The notes under the pieces were generated by a model. The model was not told where the DNA came from, did not search any database, and saw nothing but the letters and a program-made list of their open reading frames with translations. A DNA stretch of 64,000 nt from Tubulanus polymorphus (taxonomy: Eukaryota > Animalia > Nemertea). The position numbers and the translations under genes are program-made. The stretch is from assembly GCF_964204645.1 (NCBI RefSeq), contig NC_134025.1, positions 9,610,001-9,674,000 of the forward strand, written 5' to 3'. Positions 14,401 through 29,400 of this stretch are shown here, piece after piece; within the stretch, counting starts at the first letter, position 1, and each line of letters opens with the position of its first letter.

Positions 14401-17400
14401 GTAAAGTCTATTATCACAAGCATCAGCGCCAACATTCACATTGATCACAGCTGAGTGATTGATATTTGAGTCATTGTTATTCGATTTATCAAAATCTGGT
14501 GACTGCAACTTAAATTCGCGCCCATTAATAACTCTCTCCACACTGGATCGCTCAAGATGGTAACTACGAGGCGATTCATTTGGATCACCATCAAACCGAT
14601 TGTCACTAAAGCCACGATTTGATGAACTACTACTGGCTCTACTTCCATCGATCTTAATATCGTACGTTGTGCAAACACGACTTGAACACTCGGATCTAGG
14701 TGGACTAATGATTATCGTTTCAGAATGTTCGGTTTCTTGATATTCCAGCGCAATGTCTATTTCTGGACTCGAGATTCTACTTCGCGCCAACGTTACATTT
14801 TGCTCATCGTGTTCTGTTTCCGGGACGTCATCGATCACACAATATCCCTCGTACGATGTTTCTAGATAATCGTAAGTTTCTATACTGACTGTGCTCCTCG
14901 GCGATTGAACCAAAGATTCCTCTTTATGATCGGAACATGCGGTTCCATCGTCCATCACAGTTCCATCGGGTAATATCAACTGGTTATCATTACTACTTAA
15001 ATCAGTCATCATTTCGGGAAGTGTTAGATAGTCAGTGTTTATAGCACTTTTATTGAATGACACATCATCAGCACGCACAGGTAAAGCCGAGTAATCCGTG
15101 GAAAGCTGAACGTTAGTATCATGCGACGTGGCCAAATTCTCTGCTCTCAGTGGAAATGAAGAGTGAGATTTTGAGATTATAGTCGGCTGCACAATATCCT
15201 CAAATGGGTGCAAATCTGAAGGCTCATTTTCTACCAATGTTATGTTCTCCGGTAATAGATCATTTTCATTGTTCATTGGTTGAGTTTCCTTAATATCTTC
15301 GTTTCCTTGGAGTTTCCGACGTTTGACTGCGGGACTTGAGTGCTGGTTGCGTTCTTCTGCAAGGAGTCGGCTTTTCAGTTGAATCGACTGAATACGTTCT
15401 TCATAACTTTTAATTTGTATGGTAAGTGCCTACAATGATGAAAGACGTCATGAAATGCTTCACTGTGTAATATATTTTTCTATACTAGATTCATGGCAGC
15501 TCTGATTGGATTAATCTTTACTCAACTTAATTTCAAATGTACCTTAGAATCAGTGCTGATCATTTTAGCAAACTTTTACTAGTATATAGTGACAGTTTTC
15601 ATAAACAATTGTTATGATATATCCAATCATTTTGGAAATATTGATTCTGAATCTATAAGATTGTATTACTGAAAGAAACCCTAACCATGAGTACATCACA
15701 TTTACTCAAATAATATAAAAATGTTTCTTGAAACTACTGTTTCATTATCAACCCAGCTCTGGTTATTAACACATACTTGATACGAATGAACAGAAACGAA
15801 TGGATCATAAAAACGTTTGCATTTGATTAATCAGCCCTACACATCTACTGTGATGTATATACGCGTATTAATTTTTAAAGCCAATGCACATTGAGTATCA
15901 TCAACATGTACGAATGACAATTATGAGAGTTTGTTGCGATATTGCCAAAGCTCTAGAACATTTCACATGTCATAACAATGTGCAGTAAGAATATATTTGC
16001 TTCAAAAGCGAAACCCAGCATCTAATACTATAGTCCCGCATAGTCACAGACCTATTATTAGTATATTGGAGCTCTATGGACTTGTTAGATACACATAATA
16101 TCCCGGCCAAATATCCTACATCCCTTGATGAACCTTTTAATGAGCCAGAATAAGCCTAAATAACATCTAACAAAAACGATCATAGCCATACTTTAATACC
16201 TGAGATATAGACATATGAATAATAATATGTTTATCTTACTGTTCGCCTACCTATTTTTCACTGTGCAAGTCGTAATCACTTGGAATACATATAACAACGC
16301 ATATAAAATACATACTAACTGTAATGCATTGATGACTGATACGTAGAGTAAATAGCTCTAATACCTAAGCCGCTCTTTTACTATTTATATTCATTGAAAA
16401 AACCTGAATACCTAGTAGTAGGTCACTGTGTGATGTGCGTGCTTGCATGTGTAGAATAGAATAATTTATCCACATAGAAAATTCTCTCAGTGTGCCGTTC
16501 AAAATATAAACACCAACTGCTACTACATCATAAGTGTGTCAAATAGCATTTTTCCTTCCAATAGTTTGAATAGAGAATCAATAAGACTTGAAGTGCACAC
16601 ACTCAGTGACACCCTATTAACTTCACAAGATTCAAATAAAAATAGGAACAATTTTGTTAGAAAGAACTTGTTATTCTAGGACGTGAAATAATTTTAAAAA
16701 AATGAAAACATGAGAATTACCGGTACATCAAACGCATAACATAATTTACTAAAAGAATGACCAATGGGGATAAACATGGTTGTTAAACGTTATGAGAATG
16801 GTGAATCCATTTAGAGAGACAGGGTTCAGAGGGGATGCACTCAAATTAAGAACCTCTGTTTGACAGTTAGTAGCTACAAAATCTAAAATATTGCAACAAT
16901 TTAAAATTTTTTGTGATGTATTAACATTTTCAAGGGAAAACATAAAAAAGTATAACAAATCTTAATAGAGCTCATATGCAAGAAAAATATGCACAGTGAC
17001 TGGAGAAGCAATAATTTACACTATAATCTACTAGTTTTCTGAAAACCATGGAACTAGTTCTCTTTGGAACTACGTTTAATGCTAACAAGATGCATGATAT
17101 GGATATAACTTAAGTCTTTACCTCTTCATGAGCTCGGTCCGCTTTGGACCCAAGTATCTGCTTGAGTAGATATAATTAGACAAGCTATGACAAACCAAAA
17201 TAATAATTTGTATGAACCACAATATTATGACTACTTAGGTTGTTTAATAAATGATAATATATATTGAAAATTTTCTATCTACCGGTACTTACACTGTGCT
17301 CTGCGATCTGCTTTTTCAATCCATCAATAGTTGATGATTTCATTGGAGCCGCATACAGTTTCTGCTGCGCTTCGTTTATCAGACCCTTCAACTCCTGTAT

Positions 17401-20400
17401 ATCCCCTTGATATAGGTTTTGCTGAGTTATAATAGCCGTCAAGTTTTCGTTCAATTCGCTAGCATTCTGACGTAACGACCCAAGTTGTACGGAGATCTGT
17501 GAGGCATATGATGCACACTGGGCCAATGGTAAGATATGTTCGTAGTGGGCAGTCACTTCATTCAACAAATCATCTTGACTGGCAATGTCATCCAGAATCT
17601 CCTGAATAGATTAAAATAAACATAGCAATAGAAGTTATTACGTCGTCTTCTATTTAGAGTCCATGAAAATATAGCCATAGTACTAGGTTCTATAGTTGAC
17701 AAGGAAATGATTTTTCAATTATGATATATGTATATATGGCACGGATAAATTTTCAGTAAAAAGAAGTTAAGGCACATCAAACTACTCTAGATAAGAAAAT
17801 CGAAACAAATGCTAGATATTAATTTCAGGATCAGATGGAACTTAAGGTAAGCAAATTTCAGTAAACTGGGAATAGGAATTATTTAGATTTTATGCTTTCT
17901 TTACCTTGTTTACATCCAATTGGCGTTGGAGTGTATCATTCGGATCAATTGACTCAATTCGTTGTTTGAGTTTTTCCGTATTTTGCTTGATATTTTCTAA
18001 CTGCTGTCCGAGCTCTTCTATGTCACGGGCGGTGTTTTGAAGATCGTTGTTTTTTGATTGTACGTTGATTTTGATGTTGTTCAATCGTGTACTAATATTT
18101 GCCACTTTCGTCACCATGACATCCGACACATCGCATACATCTGAAATCTTATTCAAAATGTCCTCCACGCCTATCACTCTGATATCCAAGTTCAGAAGCT
18201 CATCCTCATACATCTAGAAATAAATATATTTTCGTAAAAGGTAGCGAATAACTACTGAACTATGCAGCACTGATACTGCATAATTTATGAAAGCACAATT
18301 TTCAAGATGAATTTATAAGCCGCCAATTCTTAATGAAAATTATCTGCATGTGACTTACTTTATATTGTTTTAACTGTTGCTTAACGTCCATAATAGTAGC
18401 TATCGGTTTTTCCTTAGCGCATTCATTCTCAAAAGTTGTGAGCTTTTCTTCGAGCTCGTAGACTTCTGATTCATACTTCGAGAAAAGTTTCTCTGCCTCA
18501 TCCAAATATTCACTACGATGTTTCATTTTCTCTTCTACAGCTGCCAACTGCTGACTGAGGGTCGATATTTCTCTAGAAATAGCAGCTTTTTCCTCGTGAT
18601 CAGAACTTTCACGGATAAGGATCTCGGACTTGTCACACATAGACGAAAACTGAGACTTGTATTCTTCGAGGTCTTCCATAAACACCTATGTAATTTGAAG
18701 TACATATGATGATAACACTTTTTATTGTCAAGGTAATGAGCTGGCACACAGTACAGGACATAAACTAATGTTATCTATTACCATGTTTCAGTCAATGACA
18801 TCAGTGGCACTTATGTCACCATGACTGCGGCGGACTCACTGAGATATAATCAATTTCTCAACATGCTTCGATGAGCTATGAAAAACTAACTAGCATTCGT
18901 TCCATTCGAAGCAACTCAACTTGATCGCGTAAAATAGAGTTTTGAACGGATTGCAATGAGAACAACTAATCAATTTCTAAGCGATTTACCTGATGAAGTT
19001 TGCGACTTTCCTGCAGAGAATCACTATCATCGAGATCCAAATCCTCGGCATCTTTAATCCATTCTGTTATTTCACTCTTCTGATTCAGGTAATCAGCTCT
19101 TAATGTTTCAGCTGCACCTAGCCGCTGCAATTGTTCATCCATTTGTGTGCTTATGTTTTCCAACAATGTTTTCGAAGTTTGTAGTTTGTTCAGGGCATTA
19201 GCTGGAATATTTTTGGAAGGGTAGATCCTATGCAATTCTTCTTCAGACTGCTTGATCTGGTCTTTGTACGTTGAAAATTCCTCTTTCTGGTTCTGAATTT
19301 TCAAATACATTGTTTTAAAATTGTGACAGTATAAGCAAAGTACATGTAGTATAGAAACTTGTTCAGCAATTTTCATAAAGCTCAATATAACCATATAGCT
19401 TACCTGTCGAGCTTCAATGAGTTCTTGAATTTCGTCAATGTTGTCAGGGATTTGAACAAATGAAAGATCTGCTTGGATCACATTCATCTGCTGAATAAGA
19501 TCATCGAGTTGAGTGAATATTTCCTTACGCTGAATTGATTCCACCTCGACTCTTTTTTTCATTGACTTGACACAATTGTATATCCTAAGAACAAATCCAG
19601 GCGAAATCTTTCAATTAATCAGTCACCAAATAACTGTTTTACATCGAGCCTCTACAAAAATCCTCATTTGTTTTTTAACTTCAAGGTAAATAGAACTTTG
19701 GTTGAACACACTACTATCAGGGTAAAACCGAGAACAAGTTTTCTCCAACTCATATAAACTAGTCAAGTTCAAAAACTTAAGGCTAAAAATGGATCACAAA
19801 ACACTTAGTATGTATGTATGTACATGTGTATGTATGCTACACGAAATGAATGAATAAATATATGAGACCTTTTTTCAAATGTCAATGCTACCTGCATGTG
19901 AATATATGCATATGTTCTTAAATAGTAGTTGTGACCTGAGCAAGCAAATGAACAATTACAGTGCTTTGCATTGAAAACCAGACTTAATTATGTGCCAGAA
20001 GAAATTAATGGATCTACAATCAATTTGAATTGATCACAACTTACTCATCAAATCGCTTGGATAAAGCCGCAGTTTGGTCTTCAATTGATTTTGCTGTTTT
20101 TGGATGATTGACTGATTTAAGCAGTGCATTCGTAGGCATCCTGAGATTAATGACAAGATTTTCCTTCTCTTCACATTCATCGCACACATTCTGTAAGAAG
20201 ATTGATTTAAGATTAATAAAGGACTTATATATATACGTAAGATACAGCTTTAATTAATTTCCTTCTTGGAGTTTATGTTTACCATACCTTAATGAAGTCA
20301 CTGTCTACTTCATGGACTTGTGAATTAAGTTTTCCCTCAACTTCATCAAGGAACATAACTATTTCACATGTGAGCTCATTATGTTTTTTCCAATTAGTTG

Positions 20401-23400
20401 ATAGTAATTGTAAACTTTCTTTGGATTGTATTGCCTCACACTGAATTGAATTCCACTGAGCATTGAGGTTTTTCAGTTGCCGGTTGATAATGTCTCGAGA
20501 CACCGAGTCAGCAAGTCGGTTCAGTTCACTAGCTTTGATGTTTAACTGATCGATTATGTCAACTTTAGACAATTCCACACAATGATCCTACAAAAAATCA
20601 ATACAATTTGTTTACATGGGTTTTGTTCTTAGCCAAAGTTTCAAAATATCTAATCATTAAAAACTGAGAATTGTACAACTGAGACTGCACTTGCTTCATT
20701 TTTCATCAAATATGATATGCATTTCTGGTCTCAAAGTAGCAGTGATTTCAGTGATACGATATTTTCATAATTCATGCTTCATAAGACAGACAATTCCACT
20801 TAATCTGTATCAATTCAGAAGACTCAAAATCCTGCTAAATTGTCAGGGGTAAATCAATCAGAATATACCTGAACAGTTTTCAGACAGTCATGGGTGATTT
20901 CCAGCGATCCTGTAATCAAAGGAGAGATGCTTGACCATTTTTGTTCCATTTCATTGATTGTTTCAGTAGCCTGTCCAAGTAATTCGTGATAGATATCCCA
21001 CTGAACTGAGTATTTTTCCAGGTCTTGAGTTCGTCTGATTGCGCTATCATTGAGACGGTTCAGCTTATGGTTAAGGTTTCCGAGAAGTTCCTTTAACGTT
21101 GCTCTATCGTTTGAATCAAGGGTTGGCACCATTCTCTCAGACAACTCCAATAACTGGTCCATTTCATAGTGACATGATTTTTCAGCAGAAAAGAATGACT
21201 GAAATGGAGAATTTTATGTTATAATTATTGAATATCCTTCCAGGGTAAATATTTGCAACTGCTTCGTCCTTACTTTGTGATCTTTGAGATTATTGTGGAC
21301 ATTTTCATAACTGACAACATCTACAGATTCCTGTAAACAGTTTTCCGCGGCTTTTATCCATTCAGTAATTGAGCTTACTAATGAATCAAACTTCAAACGA
21401 TCACTACGGGAACTTTCTAGATATTTCTTCTTTTCGTTGATTTCATCTTTTAACAATTGCGACACATTTCCAACTTCATCCATTTTTTCGTTTAGCTCTA
21501 GTGGAATCGCTTCGTCATTGCCACTGAATGACATTTTTTCCGCACTGACTGTCCGCAAGAAATCGTCGACGTAATCTAGTACTTCTTCGGATATTTGCTG
21601 AAAATGAAAATTTGACATTTGTGAAATAGCAAGCACCAATTTCTCATAAGCATTTCAATATCATATTAGAAATGGTAGGCCTACATTCAAACCCATTTGC
21701 TGACTGCTTGGTAATGAAGACATTAATTCTTCCAAATCAGAATTTTTAGAGTTATGACAATCTTTTACTGGCGAATGGAACAATATCTTACCTCATGTTT
21801 TGAATAGGCTTTTTCAGAAATATTTGCATCCAAACCGAGATATTCTTTTGCATTGATATCAGTCCTTTTCTGTTTTAGCCATATCAGACTTTCATCCAGG
21901 TGTTCTTTGAATTTATTCCGTTGTACGAAAGCCTTATCCATCTCTTTACTTTTTTGTTCTAGATCACGGACCATCGACTCCAGTTTTTGTTTCAAAATTT
22001 GTGTCTGTTCGATCATTGCTCGCTTGTCAATGTGAGAGGTTTCCACAGCCACAAGATTTTGAGCACGAGACAACAAACCATCAACGACCGGCTCCAAGTT
22101 TTTCAGACTGTCGAGAACAGACTGTGGAATATATCAAGACAATTTGATGTACTGCATATTTTTTAGTTGAAATGATACCATTTTCTTGGTTGAAGCATAT
22201 TAAAACTCACCCTGTATCTGTCAAGTTTAGTCGGTAAGGAGACACCGCTTTCTGAAACTGCATCTATCTGGTCTTGGTTCTCTTTCAGTTTCATCTCAAC
22301 TTCCATCATGCGATCGCAGAATTGCTCACGTAATTTTAGGGCAGTCTGTAAACATACATGCTGCTGACCAACCTGAGAAAGATTGGAAGGAAAATGAATG
22401 ATAAACAAAATCTACGGTTGGTCTTTTACTCCTGACACTATATGACATTATATGTATTTTATACCCTATGGTTTGGCAGCACAAAGGTTAAAATTAAGCT
22501 TTTAGATAAAAATGAGCATGAGTCATATATGTATAAGATACATACATAATATAAATTTTTTCTTACCTTTTCTTTCAGGTATGCATAAAGTTCATTCAAT
22601 TTCAACAAATCTTTCTTTTCGAATTCCCTAGCACTGACATCTGCATGCATGGATGTCAATCTTTTTAGAACAGTGTCAAAATTTGTCAATCTATTCTGAA
22701 GAGCCTGAAATACAAAAAAGCAGATGCCTATAGAATATACATGTATAACCATACAGCATATTAAAGCGAAACACAGAACAATTGCTGAACTAACCTCAAG
22801 AGATTTACAGTGAGATTTCGTATCAGAAATATGACCAATCGGTTTGGTAAATTTCTTCGCCTCCTCTTGCATATCATTCAGTAAAACCCTAGCATCAGCC
22901 AGCTCCTTCTTGTACTGTCCATTGACCTGTAGAGCGTCTTCAAGGAGCTGTTTTCGCTCTTTCACAATAAAATTCAATCTGAAAATGGAGATGCATACAT
23001 ACAAAAAGCATGGCTCGCTTGAACAAAAGATTTCACAAATATTTTCAAATACACCTACTTATCCATCTTCTCGCGGAATTGTTGCATTTCATCGTTCAGG
23101 GCAGTTTTTCCTGTGTCAGAAAGATGGTCCCTCATGATACTAATTCGGTTTTCCCATTCAACTAATGTAGCATTGTGAATGCGTGCTTGTGCGCACAGCG
23201 ACTGCAGAAGAAAACGCATTTAACGATAATCAAATGGAGCATTTTTATGCTATGAATGGTTTTATTTCTAAAAATGTTTCTTCCGGACAACTAACAACAA
23301 AGGTCAAATCATTTAAATTAGCTGATATCATGAAAGTAAATCAATCTACATAATGCATGAAATACAATATAGCACTGTAGTAAACTTAAAATTAACCTTG

Positions 23401-26400
23401 TATTTTCTATTCTTTTCCTCTAATTCTTTGATTGGTTTATTGAGTGTTAATGATAGAGCAGAAACTGCAGCGGTTTCATTCATCCACGACTGGATCTTCA
23501 ATTTATCCCTCTCAAATTCGCGCCGTTGCGTAAGGGCTTCTTTAAGTCGTCCCAACACAACCTTCGGTTGACCTTTCATTGCCAGGTACCGAGTTTCAAT
23601 ATCTGCAATGAAAATTAACTAATCAAATTATTGGAAGTCCTTTGAGAATGGATTATGACAAGACAATATCTCTATATCATACCTCTAATTTGCTTCATAA
23701 GATAAGGTCTACTTTCTTCACAGCAGTTCTGTTTCAGATCATCTGTAAGAGCTTTCAGGTTCTTTACCATAGAATCGACTGATTGTATTTCAGAATCCAT
23801 TTCCTGTATAATTGATTCAATTGCAAACATTCAGGACATAATGTAAACCAAAATGTAGAAGACACAAATCAATAATGAGTTAGAAGTAATCACAACTACA
23901 TAGGAAATCTCCCACAGTTTCATGGCAACAGCTTTTTGAAATAGGTAGGGAATCGGTATAGCAATTCTTGAACATGAATTGTGAAAAAAATTGTAAAAAC
24001 CTGAAAAAAGATATCAAATTTTCATAGATTACTAAGCTATTGATTACTACCAATTATGTCAAATAAATCTTATAGATTTTGCTGAAAAAAAAATCAAAAA
24101 AGGATAACAACAGTAGTGATTAAAGTTTTCAATGATAAATAACCACATCGAAAGCTTTGGCAATTCACATTATGGAAAGTTGTTTGGCTACCAGTAGTCA
24201 ATTCTGAACTGGTAATGACAAACGAAGATATTATGTTAAAATATCCATGTAAAAATAACCTTAAACTGGTCAAGTGATAGTTCTATTTCACCGGAATGGT
24301 AAGGAATGCTGATTGTCTGCGATAACTCTGCCTCTTTCTCAGTAAGCCAGTTCTCGATTTCCAAATATTGCGACCAGAATTGACGCCGAAGTTTAACAGC
24401 TACATTTAACGTGTATAATTTCTGGTGAACGGCTTCACGTAGTTTGTAGTGTTCAATATGAACGAGTTGCAGTCTCGTTTCGACAGTTTCTCGGTCTTTC
24501 TTCGTCGGCAGATTTTTGATTAACTCGTCACCTTTCCACCGCGTGCTGTTGATAATCGATTGATTTTTTTCAACGTCCTCATAAATGACCTGCCATGAAA
24601 ATATAAAATTGATTCAAATGAACCAAAAGTGATTCATTATACCTAGTGGGATTGGATAAGTACAATTAGCGTTATGAATAAAATACATGTATTTCAAACT
24701 ACTGAGTACCACACCGGACCCATCAGCAGGCTTCCCTTATTCTCCTTACTGTTCGGGGAGAGGCCAGTTAAGAACAGTCGATTTGTTGTTAAGACTGAAG
24801 CCTTCAAACACCAGAAAGTAACGACTTGAGATTAGTATTTCAAAGTCAATACCTGTATGACGTCTAGTATTGATTGTACACCCTCTATTTCGAAACCAAG
24901 CGGTTCTTCTCTGTGAATTACTGCAATTTTTTCTGACAACCAGTGCATGTAATCGTCGATATCTTTGAAAAGGTCGTCGTAATTTCCGTGTAGCTGTTCA
25001 TAATTTTCTAGTTTACCACTGATGTATTTGTTGATATTTTCAAGCCTCTGTTGGATTTCCCTACAGTTGAGACAGATAAATTACGTACATATTCTTTGCT
25101 TTAGATGAGAAAAATATCGAAACCATAATATCCCGATGTAAGATGAATATTTACCCAACATGATTCTGGACAATGGCTCTGTCGTAGTGGCTTACAGCAG
25201 ATTTCACTAGCTCTGCTTTTGAGGTAAGGATTTCAACGTCTTCTGAGAGATGACAAGCGGTACTGCGTAATTTCTAAAAAACAATAATATGCAAATATCA
25301 TTTACAAAACATGCTCGTTCTGATGTATAATTAACCTGTTTATCATTTAAAGGAACAAATGAAAATGCTTTCAATCATTGAAAAGATTAAATATCATGAG
25401 AATGTGAATTTTGTATTTCTATATGCTCAACGTCAACATAAGAGAAACCATTTTCAGACCAAAAAACCAGTATTTCATGAACATGTATATCGATATAGGC
25501 TATCGATTTAGGTGCGATGAATTCACTACAAAACTAACAGTCTTGGAGTTTATGAAAACAATTTACTACTGATTTACAGCTTCTTGGCAACTAAAAATCT
25601 ATGCCGCTTTACACCTACCTTGATCGCAGTCACAGATTTCTTTAATAAATGAACGTTGTTCATAAGCGTAACAACTAATCGTTGCCTTTTATTATGTATA
25701 ACTACGTGTACGCATATAATGAAACATATAAATGTCAATGGCGGGTCAATTTTACACACCAATAACCATTTTACATGGGGAAAAACTATTACCGGTACAC
25801 GCTTATGTCTGCGCGTTAAAGATTTGCGTCTTTAAGATTTTTTAATTTAAAAAAAAATTAAAATAGCAATACGTGAAAAGGGTTTTGAAGTAGAATAGAG
25901 ATGAGAAATCAAATTCTTTTCTTAATTCACAGAGAAAGTAACTCTGGGATGTGATATCTATTTTTAAGTAAATACACGGTAAAGTTAATCTTTTCTGGAT
26001 TGACTAAATTAGGTATGCACATTCTCACTACAAAAAATAGGTTATCAAAAACAAATTTTTTGAAAATGAACGAAGGCTTGTCAATGATTGTTCAAATTTA
26101 TTGTAGTAACAGGTTTAGAAATAGATATTCATTCAATAAGTGACAGGTCATGAGAGACAGGTTAGTTACGTCCCTTGTGAACAAAGTCACTGCATGAAAA
26201 TGTTTTTGCACTAAAAACAAGCTTATGTTTTTTTGTATTTGTGCAATGTATTGTGGTTTTACTGATAATCGTGATATTAGTAATTTCTTAATGAGAGCTG
26301 TTGTTGTCTGTACACTGAAATGTTACTTAATGATTTTTTTCAATTCCATGTATCTAGCCATGCTATCACCTAAAAGGCAGATCCAGATGAGTTACAAATT

Positions 26401-29400
26401 TCAGAACGGACTGTCTGTGCGTATAGTAGAAACTGGTTATAGGTCGATTCTAAATCTTATTGTGAATCTCTGCGTCATGAATTCATTCAAAATAAACTGG
26501 TCACTTAATCGCCATAAAGCTGCTTGATATAGTTTTCAAATTCAATATCATCTTTATATTGTCTAATATCGATGTAAAACGATAAATATTAATCTCAAAA
26601 TCCGTCTCTCGCATGTGCTGGTCAGTGAGTATACGTCTGTTTGAATTTCTTTTTGAAAATGTTCTAGACTTTACCATAGATATATCATAACACCAGATCT
26701 TAATCAGTTCAAGATTTCAGTCATCAAAAATTTTCTTAATCAGATTTAAAATCTTCTTAACAGGATCTCTTAAATCTAGCATTAAGATATATATTTCAGG
26801 GTAAATTATTCTAAAGGCAAGATCTTGCTGGTCTGGTGATAACTATTTCACACGCATGTGTGAATGCAGTTATCGGTAAAAATCCCCAAGGTATCCCCTT
26901 GGATAGAAATCCCCCACCTTTTGAAAGGCTAATTAATTCATATTGATATATTCAATTTATTCATATTCTACTAGATTGTATTTCATAAGATTATGAGGAT
27001 ATAAGTTATTGTAAAGTTTGGATTAAAAAATACTACAAATTGAAAGTTCAACTAAAGATTTATTAATTCTAAAAAAAATCAATTGCAGTTTTGTCTGTAA
27101 TTCACATATCTCAGTCCATGATATGAACTTCAGGATTTTTGTATTATTTCTAAAATTGATCAAAAAAGCTTTATTTGGATTCTTATGTAAAATGATCCTC
27201 AAGATATTGAAGAATGAGGAATCCTATCGCTACTATCAATTATTCCACTTCGGACTAGTTCAACTAGTAGCTTACTTTGGTTATCCATACTTCTGCATTT
27301 CAATTGAAATTGACTATACCAATCACCCAATAGAGAAATCAATCTTATTTATATTTTGATAGGTTGCGTGATAAAATTTGGATTCGGGAGCCTTAAGATC
27401 TGGTTTAAAATCAATTATTATGCGTCACCAGATCTGCAGTTCTCCATTCAGAACGCCATCTAAAGTCACAGGCCAGTTTATTAAGGGATTCTCAAAACTT
27501 GAGGAAGTAAATTGTAGAGAAATAAATTCATTTTGCTGGTCGATGGCAGACATAAAATATCATCATTCCGATGCAGTAACATCACAACAAGAGACTCTGA
27601 GATTTCAATTGGCTTTGGTAAAAAGTTGTACGAATAATCATGTGACAAAGCATAAATAGAACAAGCAAATATCCAAACTTTTCATTTCAAAATAGCAGTT
27701 TCTCTATCAACTACTATATTGGATATTGGATATTTTTCACCATTCACCAAAACCTGCTAGTCCGAAAAAAAGCCTTGCATGAAAATGCTGGAAGAACATT
27801 GAAGCTGAATTCCAAGACAACAATAGCACATTCAATTATTCAAAGCTTTATTGATATATTGAAAAAGGCACGCATAAGAATATATAACAGCCATTTAAAA
27901 CCTACATACACTATCTACATTTTTGCATTACCTAATACTGATGCTTTTCATTTCACCTAGAAGTTTTTTTTCTTCGATTTTCTTCAATGAAAAATGGACG
28001 AATATGACTGTGTACAATACATACGATGAAAACGTAATCAAAAATGATTTTTGCATATAAAATTTATTTCAAAACCTTTTTTCGCAATGAAATCATATTC
28101 TAAGGTGGAATATTGCTCATAATTATGTCGACTCTGCTGCCTACTAAAAATCAGTTAATTGTTTCCTACATATCTACCTTTGTGAATGAAAATACACGTT
28201 TCGAACTAATGATACGCATAATCGTAAATATAACAGTCAAAACAGGACAATATTAATAAAATGGACGGAATTCTTATCAATATATAAAGAATATGAATAT
28301 AAATAAATCTAGCGATAAATAGATAAATGAGAAGAAATCACAAAAAAATTCGTACAAATAAACAAATCACAGATTCTTTGACGCTTCTATTAGAAATCAT
28401 AAAATGATTTTATGCTATTTTGTGTTATTATCTACCTTCAATGTGGACGGTTGATTATTGGAAATTGAAAAACTAATCTATTTACAAGGAATAATATTTC
28501 CATGTTTGAAATACATCCTAATTCCACTAAACTAATTTCGAATACAAGAGTACTAGTCAATAAATTACTGATATTTCCATTTTTAAATATCTATTTAGAA
28601 GTGACGATAGTGAAGTGATCACCAATTTTCCAGCTTGGAGGGAATATTGACAACTGGATGCGGGCGTACACAACCGATTTGACACCAAAGATGGTACATT
28701 ACCGGAAAAAAATAAAATATCTTAACTTTACACTAAAATAGTTTAACAATAATATACACTTTCTATATCAACAATATCCGTTTACTCGAATATATTTCAG
28801 TATAATTTTCCTAAGGACAATATCATTGTCAAATAGCTTTTACTTTTTTTGCGTAAGTAAAAAGTCACTTGCTAAAATCATTAAGTTAGGCATGAAGGAA
28901 CACACCTAATAACAAAACAACACTATCGATCTACTGGAGAAAAATTGAGTAATTACGTAAAGCTTGGAGCAAATCACTCCAAGGTGTAAGTAGAAAACTT
29001 GTTGCCGATCAAAACCAAAGATCAGTTTCATCAGCAACAGCACCTTTTACAGTTAATAACCTGTGCTAACACTGGATAAAACTAGGCTATAACAATCTAC
29101 CGTATCTATAAAATCATAAAACATGCTATAGGCCATTAGCCTTTTACACCATAAATTCAAATTCAGCCAATGAATACTTTGATAAACTCATAAAATCATT
29201 TCAAGTGGTTAAGATAACAATATAACCATGGGATTAGTTAGAAAGCATGTCTTCATAATACTCTGATTTAACCATGGAAGACAATTTTGAATGTCAAATT
29301 TGGGTTCATTCACTTCTTTTTACTGAAAGCGCAGCAGATTATCTTCTATCGACGATGATTCGATGTACTGTGTGTTCATCTATTAGTTAGTAATAATTTC

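Noticed and set aside
4326-22794. Four stop-free 3n introns read through by the ORF track (4326-4421, 7905-8012, 19293-19403, 22705-22794)
   Set aside because: Canonical splice sites and intron-like translation. A few such cases are expected by chance among over 100 mostly short introns; no evidence of retention.
26690-27404. Short inverted match ccagatcttaa / ttaagatctgg and aatcccc motifs suggesting a decayed transposon
   Set aside because: Only about 11-12 bp, no clear TSD or transposase remnant.
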